DNA from: an uncultured Gemmataceae bacterium
GTDB taxonomy: Bacteria; Planctomycetota; Planctomycetia; Gemmatales; Gemmataceae
Assembly: GCA_963750165.1 (NCBI GenBank)
Contig: CAVVPN010000012.1
Span: forward strand, 1,277,436-1,317,435
Direction of reading: 5' to 3'
Length of the DNA: 40,000 nucleotides
The translations under genes and the position numbers were made by a program. The stretch's first letter is position 1. Every line of letters begins with the position of its first letter. A model generated the notes under the pieces. That model saw only the letters and a list, made by a program, of their open reading frames with translations, had not been told where the DNA came from and made no database searches. This document shows positions 35,270 through 40,000 of this stretch, piece after piece.

Positions 35270-35764
35270 ATGAAGTTTCACATTATGCCGTGTGAGTCGC
35301 CTCTGCAGGGACGGCTCACCTACTCGGTTGAAGACTACTCTTTCATCTTCACCTCAGAGATTCTTCCACCCGCCATCACGACACTGCTCGTGAACACGTT
35401 GCAGCTTTCGGTCGATGAAGAAGGGCAGGTGCTGTTTATCTGGGGATACTGCCCGTTGATCCGATTTCAGTTGACCGAAAAAACCCCGCCCAATTCGATT
35501 CCAGGCCAATTATTCGCCGAGGTTCATGAGGAACTGATTCCCGGTGTCTCAAGAGAAGTGAATCATGGAGGGCTCTGGCCGGTTTCAATTAATTCCGAGG
35601 CCGGCTGGGTATGTCTTGGTAATCCTGATCTCCGCGTTGATGTTACTGCTGTTGAGTTCGCTCAGGATTGTGTTGCTGTGCTGAGCAGCGGTTCTCTGGT
35701 GTCTCTGTGGTTGCATCCTCAGCGTTTGCCGAACGAGGCTTTCGTTCCTCACCCGATTCAATAG
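35270..35764 (+). CDS. hypothetical protein, low-GC orphan
   Basis: AGGTGG lies before ATG 35270. It is a 164-aa ORF with normal (non-GC-skewed) codon usage in a region of visibly lower G+C. No family was recognised. Confidence 0.65.
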   Translation: MKFHIMPCESPLQGRLTYSVEDYSFIFTSEILPPAITTLLVNTLQLSVDEEGQVLFIWGYCPLIRFQLTEKTPPNSIPGQLFAEVHEELIPGVSREVNHGGLWPVSINSEAGWVCLGNPDLRVDVTAVEFAQDCVAVLSSGSLVSLWLHPQRLPNEAFVPHPIQ

Positions 35765-35950
35765 CATTGAGATAGCAAAGGGGCGATTTTAGAAGGTAAC
35801 TGTGGAGGGGAATTGGGGGGAATTGGTGACGCTTTACGCAAGCAACTGCTGCCATTCTTCTTGCGAATTCTTCTTTTCGAGAGTTGGAAGTGGACGCATT
35901 TTGGCCGGGTCCGACGACGGTGAGGTGCCGGCGACAACCCCTGCGACGCC

Positions 35951-36507
35951 GTGCCCCCTACGAAATAATGGCCGTAAACTCGGGCGAAATGCGTTCCGGA
36001 ATTCGCCCGCCCGGATACCCCAGGTTCGTTCCCCGGCCATCCTACCCGGGAGCCGGCCGGAAGGAAAGCCAAAATCGCTGCCAGCCGTCCAGGACTCCTG
36101 AACGGGTGTTCCTGCTCGCCAACCGACGGCGAAGCCGAGTCCCGGGGACACCGCCTGCACCCGGCCCCGGCCTGAGCCGGCGCGGCCGCCCACCAGCACA
36201 GGCGAAGGGGCAGACGAGGCACCGACACCTTCACCGTGGGTGCGCTTCGCCGCAGTGGTGACGCCCGGTCCCGATTTTCCCCTGGACACCGCGCGGCGGG
36301 TGGGATACACCAAGAGCGGTTCACTACGGCACCCCCGGCCTTGACGTGGGCCGCCTGGGTGTCAACCGCCCCCCAGTGGGTGCCAGTGCAGATGACGAGT
36401 CGTTCAGCCGTCACGTCCGCGTCGGGCGTGACGATCTTCGGTTTTGGAGGGTGGAATTCCGGAACACATTTCAGCCCCAAGCGCGGCCATTATTTCGTGG
36501 GGGGCAC
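35951..36507. mobile_element. MITE-like element: two 54-nt inverted terminal repeats (copies B and C) flanking about 450 bp of non-coding DNA
   Basis: The left TIR is 35951-36004 (gtgccccctacgaaataatggcc...gttccggaattc). The right TIR is 36454-36507 (gaattccggaac...ggccattatttcgtggggggcac). The outer 23 nt match with one mismatch. No convincing ORF lies between them and no clear target duplication is visible. Confidence 0.45.
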
Positions 36508-36739
36508 AACAACGTGGCCCGTGCGGGTCAGAACTTGCCCCCGGCCCGGCACCTGAATGTTCGCCAGGACAACGGCGGTGGCGTCGGCGACATCCTGTTC
36601 CCGCTGGGCGGCATTCTCAGGCAGTTCCAGAACTGAACCTTCAGGAAGTCGCCTTGACCGGAAGCAGCCTGTTCGTGTTGCAACCGCCGACGCTTTTGAC
36701 CACAATGTTGGTGGCCTTTTCCCCTACAAGGAGGTTGTC

Positions 36740-37630
36740 ATGACGCAGCACTTTGCCCTGTTGCTGACCAGACTTCTCCCTCGTCGCTGGCGACCCCGCA
36801 AGCAAAACCCCGCCGAAGAAAAGGGCAGCGGCAGCCGTCAAGAAGCCGGGAGGCAAGGTCGAGATTGATGCAAGAAGCAAATCGGTCGTGTCGGTGAACC
36901 TGTTCGGCGTGACGCTGCCAAAAGGATGGGTTGGCTTTCCTGCACTACCTCGCCCAACACCAGGGAACTTAACCTGACCCTCGTGCAAACGCCGGCGAGA
37001 GAGTTGGCTGACCTGAAGGGGTTGCCCCATCTTGAGAAGCTGTCGCTGCTCGGCACGCTCGTCAAGGATGAAAGCCTGGCCCACCTGAGCGGACTTTCGG
37101 AACTTCGGCTGTTGTCAATTAGCGGCGTAAAGCTGACGGAACCGGACTCGGCTTACCTGGAAAACTAACCAAAGTTCAACAGGCAAACATCATTGCAGGC
37201 ACCTGGATCACAGCCAAAGCACTATCCTCCTGAAAGAGTTGACTAGACTCCGAGGGTTGTCGCTCAATAATTGCCGTGTGACCGATGAGGGTATGGCTCA
37301 CCTGAAAGGAATGATCGAACTTGAGCATCTGCATCTGGCCGGTTCATACATGACGGATGACGGGCTGAATCACTTGAAAGGAGCCACGAAACTTCGGACG
37401 CTAGACATCGGAGCCACCAGAGTAACCGATGACGGACTGGCGGTGTTGAAGGGGATGACTAAGCTGCAAAAGCTGTACATCGGCTATACCCAGGTCACAG
37501 ACGCCGGCCTGGATCATTTGAAAGGCTTAACAAATCTGCGGGAGTTAAACCTCCGATCAACGAGCGCCGGCCGGAAGAAGGTATCCGACAACTCAAACGA
37601 TCATTGCCTGGCGTGAAGATCATCAAGTGA
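36740..37630 (+). pseudogene. leucine-rich-repeat protein (planctomycete TDxGL-type LRR) with several frame changes and stops
   Basis: AAGGAGG lies before ATG 36740 (MTQHFALLLTRLL, signal-like). LRR units appear in other frames (LKGLPHLEKLSLLGTLVKDESLAHLSGLSELRLLSISG and RVTDEGMAHLKGMIELEHLHL...TQVTDAGLDHLKGLTNLRELNLRST). The expected C-terminus GIRQLKRSLPGVKIIK* is in yet another frame and ends at 37630. Confidence 0.6.
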
Positions 37631-37744
37631 CATACCCAAGGCTCAAACCACCACCTTGTCCCCGCTCCTGGCATCGAGCAGCCCCTTCTCGAAGATGCTA
37701 GCCGGCAGGCCTGTGTCGGCTTCCTCCACGTCCAGGTACGGCAG

Positions 37745-39233
37745 TGTCCTCCTCGCCGAAATAATGGCAGCCTGATCGCTGGAAATGGGTTCCGGAATTC
37801 GGCCCTCCCCCTCGCGGGCTCCCCCGCACGAAAGGAGGGCGTATGTCCACCCCGACCCCCACCCCCGACCCGTCCGCGGCACCGCCGCGGCCCGTAACCC
37901 AGGTCCCGGACCCCGACCCACCGGACCCGCAGACCGCCGCGCCCCCCAACGCCCGCCCCGGGAGCGGCCCCGCCTGCAGCAGCCCGTCCGCGGCCGACGC
38001 CTCGCCCGGCCCCCCGACGGCACCGCCTCGCCCCTGACCGCCGCACAGCGGTTGCTGGTGCTGGACACCTGGCAGCGGAGCGGGTTGCCGGCCGGCGACT
38101 TCGCCGCCCTGGTCGGCATCTCCAAGCACACCCTGTACGCCTGGAAACGGAGGTTCGACACGCAGGGGCCCGCCGGCCTGGACGACCACCCCCGCGGCGC
38201 CCCCGCCGGCAGCCGGCTGCCGGAGCTGACCCGCCGCACCATCCTGATGCTCAAGACGGCGAACCCCGATTGGGGCTGCCAGCGGATCAGCGATATGCTC
38301 CTGCGCGGCCCAGCCTTGCCGGCGAGCCCCCGGCCGTGGCCCGGGTGTTGCACGAGGCGGGTTACGTGTTGGAGGACGTGCCGACGCGGCCGCACCCGGA
38401 CCACGTGCGGTCGTTCGAGCGGGCCAAGCCGAACCAACTCTGGCAGACCGACCTGTTTACGTTTATGCTCAAGCGGCAGAACCGGCGGGTCTACCTGGTC
38501 GCGTTCCTGGACGACCACAGCCGCTACATCGTCGGCTTCGGGCTGCACGCCAGCCAGTCGACGGCGCTGGTGATCGAGGTGTTCGCGTCGGCGTCGCCAA
38601 CTACGGCCCGCCGGAGGAAGTGCTGACCGACAACGGCACGCAGTACGTGACCTGGCGGGGCAAGTCGGCCTTCACCAAGGAACTGGAGAAGCGCGGCATG
38701 CGGCAGGTGGTGGCGTCACCGCGGCGGCCGCAGACGCTGGGGAAGGTGGAGCGACTCTGGGGCACGCTGTGGCGGGAGTGCCTGCAGGCGGCGGTGTTCG
38801 TCGACCTGGCCGAGGCCCGGCAGCGGATCGGGCTGTTCATCGACCACTATAACTTCCAACGCCCGCACCAGGGGGTGGACGGGCTGGTGCCGGCAGATCG
38901 ATACTTCGGGGCGGCGCCAGAAGTGCTGGCGACGTTGCGGCGCGGGTGGCGGCCAACGCCCTGGAGTTGGCCCGGCACGGCGTGCCCAAGGAACCGTTTT
39001 ACCTGACGGGCCAGGTGGGCGGCCGGCCGTTCAGCGTGCACGCCGAGGGCGAGCGGGTGATCCTGACCGATGCGGGCGGCGGCCGCCGTGACGGCGAACC
39101 GTGTGGAGAGTTGCCCAGGTCGTCTTGTTCGGCGTGCGCAGCCAGACCGCCTTTTCCGGCCCTTGCTCTTGGAGCAGAGCAGACCGCCTTTCAGGATGCT
39201 GGGCAAGTTGCGAACCACTGTCGCATGGCGTAG
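37745..39233 (+). mobile_element. IS481-family insertion sequence, left end intact (56-nt TIR starting TGT), right end not found
   Basis: The left TIR (copy D) is 37745-37800: tgtcctcctcgccgaaataatggc...gttccggaattc. AAAGGAGG and ATG 37843 lie 40 nt further in. No matching right TIR occurs anywhere between 39000 and the window end. Confidence 0.6.
37843..39233 (+). pseudogene. IS481-family (rve/DDE integrase-core) transposase with at least four frame changes
   Basis: The pieces lie in five frames. (1) A Pro-rich N-terminus. (2) LTAAQRLLVLDTWQRSGLPAGDFAALVGISKHTLYAWKRRF (HTH)...DWGCQRISDMLL. (3) AVARVLHEAGYV...NQLWQTDLFTF...VAFLDDHSRYIVG. (4) ANYGPPEEVLTDNGTQY...TLGKVERLW...YNFQRPHQG. (5) AANALELARHGVPKEPFYLTGQVGG. 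The frame switches are at or near C6 38010-38015, C5 38327-38331, 38581-38600 and 38935-38950. Confidence 0.75.
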
Positions 39234-39882
39234 CAACACGGGTACTACCTTTCTCGTGCTGGGTGGCAGGGGGTGGGCGTTCCCCCCTGCCGTGATCCCG
39301 TGGTTACACCTGGCCAGCCTTGACCACGCCGCCAGCCCGTCGGCGTGCTTGCATTGTGCCACCGGGCATGGCCCTTGCAGCTGGACGTCTGGCTGTCACC
39401 GTCGATGTTGACGTGGTAGGCATCCACGGGCGACTGCCGACCTTCTCGACCGTGAAGTCCCGGCCGAGTCGGCACGGAACTGGGTCGAGGAAGAAGGCAG
39501 CCCGGTCCTTGCCGACGGTGATCTGCACCACGCCGGGGTTGCCGTCAAAGGGTTCTCCAGGAGACCAACCCGCGCACTGGCGCGAAAGAAGTTGACCGGG
39601 GTTTCGTGTCGTACGGCGGCCGCGGTTGCGGTAGCGTTCCTTTCCATAGAAGGAATGCCGCGGGCCGGGGGTGTTGGTATAACCGCCGGCCCAACTTCGT
39701 TTCGAGCCCCGTTTGCCTCTCTTCTGTGTGCCGGCGACTCCACAATGGCTTCACGCCGGCAGTCCGGATTGTCAAAGATCAGGTTGCAGCCAAATGGGTG
39801 GACCGTGACAAGAATAATAAGCCAGATGGCCACAATTACAAGTCCAGTTGGCTACATTTATAGGATTTTATTGAGGTGAATT

Positions 39883-39999
39883 CATGGCGGCATCCGCATG
39901 GATCGGGGCTCGGCTGCGGGAGTTGCGGGAACAGAAGGGGCTGACCCAAGGTCAGCTCGCCGAACGGGTCGGCGTGAAGCGGGACGCGGTCATGTGCTA
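39883..39999 (+). CDS. short XRE-family (Cro/CI-type) HTH protein or fragment
   Basis: GAGGTG lies before ATG 39883. Translation is MAASAWIGARLRELREQKGLTQGQLAERVGVKRDAVMC. The stop falls on the last three bases of the window, inside what is normally the recognition helix, so it is probably truncated or frame-shifted. Confidence 0.4.
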
Positions 40000-40000
40000 G

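Noticed and set aside
35068-37800. Conserved-variable-conserved 55-nt repeats considered as guide-RNA genes (13-nt variable core) or as promoters
   Set aside because: Copy D sits exactly where the left TIR of the IS481-like element should be and starts TGT. Copies B and C form an inverted pair. Terminal inverted repeats with a non-contacted spacer explain the pattern without invoking a guide RNA. The spacing of the conserved blocks also does not fit -35/-10 geometry.
37495-38548. Minus-strand ORFs of 183, 163 and 301 aa across the IS481-like element
   Set aside because: They are antisense to recognisable HTH and DDE transposase segments. The composition is Gly/Arg/Pro low-complexity.
39240-39840. 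Minus-strand ORFs 39245..39475, 39304..39531 and 39396..39833 as a gene
   Set aside because: Pieces look protein-like (MAIWLIILVTVHPFG..., FDGNPGVVQITVGKDRAAFFLDP, VDAYHVNIDGDSQ) but need several frame joins. I recognise no family, so support is too weak to annotate.

Overview
High-GC bacterial chromosome segment; the printed sequence counts to 39,999 nt. G+C is about two-thirds by eye, with a few islands near one-half. The gene content suggests a planctomycete, probably Gemmata-like. This is an inference from a giant repeat protein with an LEDR-type N-terminus, an exosortase/PEP-CTERM pair, a TDAGL-type LRR protein, a Ser/Thr kinase and a heavy IS load.

Positions 1-24,000 look core-like:
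- epsI-xrt lies divergent from a ~2,547-codon adhesin-like gene followed by a PEP-CTERM protein.
- A secreted barnase-family RNase is translationally coupled to a barstar-type inhibitor.
- Next come a DUF2721-like membrane protein and a membrane-anchored PilZ protein.
- A response regulator is coupled to an Hpt protein.
- The remaining genes are a TPR-methyltransferase, a polytopic membrane protein, a Ser/Thr kinase, a PAS-rich hybrid histidine kinase, an enolase-superfamily enzyme and a secreted protein.

Positions 24,000-40,000 are an accessory, mobile-DNA graveyard:
- a repeat- and hairpin-rich intergenic region;
- a degenerate IS110;
- an ISL3 whose transposase is broken at an A8 run, abutting an ISAzo13-like transposase fragment;
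- a decayed integrative (ICE/IME-like) module with a coupling-protein remnant, translationally coupled small ORFs, two excisionase-like HTH genes and a tyrosine integrase, next to the 3' part of a tRNA-Pro(GGG);
- a second phage-like module;
- a family of 54-56 nt terminal-inverted-repeat copies, including a MITE-like pair and the left end of a badly frameshifted IS481-like element;
- a low-GC orphan gene and an LRR pseudogene.

At least a dozen otherwise recognisable genes are interrupted by single frame changes, several at homopolymer runs, while the 7.6-kb giant ORF is intact. I cannot tell assembly indel errors from real decay using sequence alone. I found no CRISPR array, no rRNA and no complete tRNA. 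No single obviously novel multi-gene system stands out. The best candidates for follow-up are the exosortase/giant-protein locus, the pseudo-HATPase-Hpt/response-regulator pair, the nested palindromes and repeats, and the decayed integrative element at the tRNA-Pro fragment.
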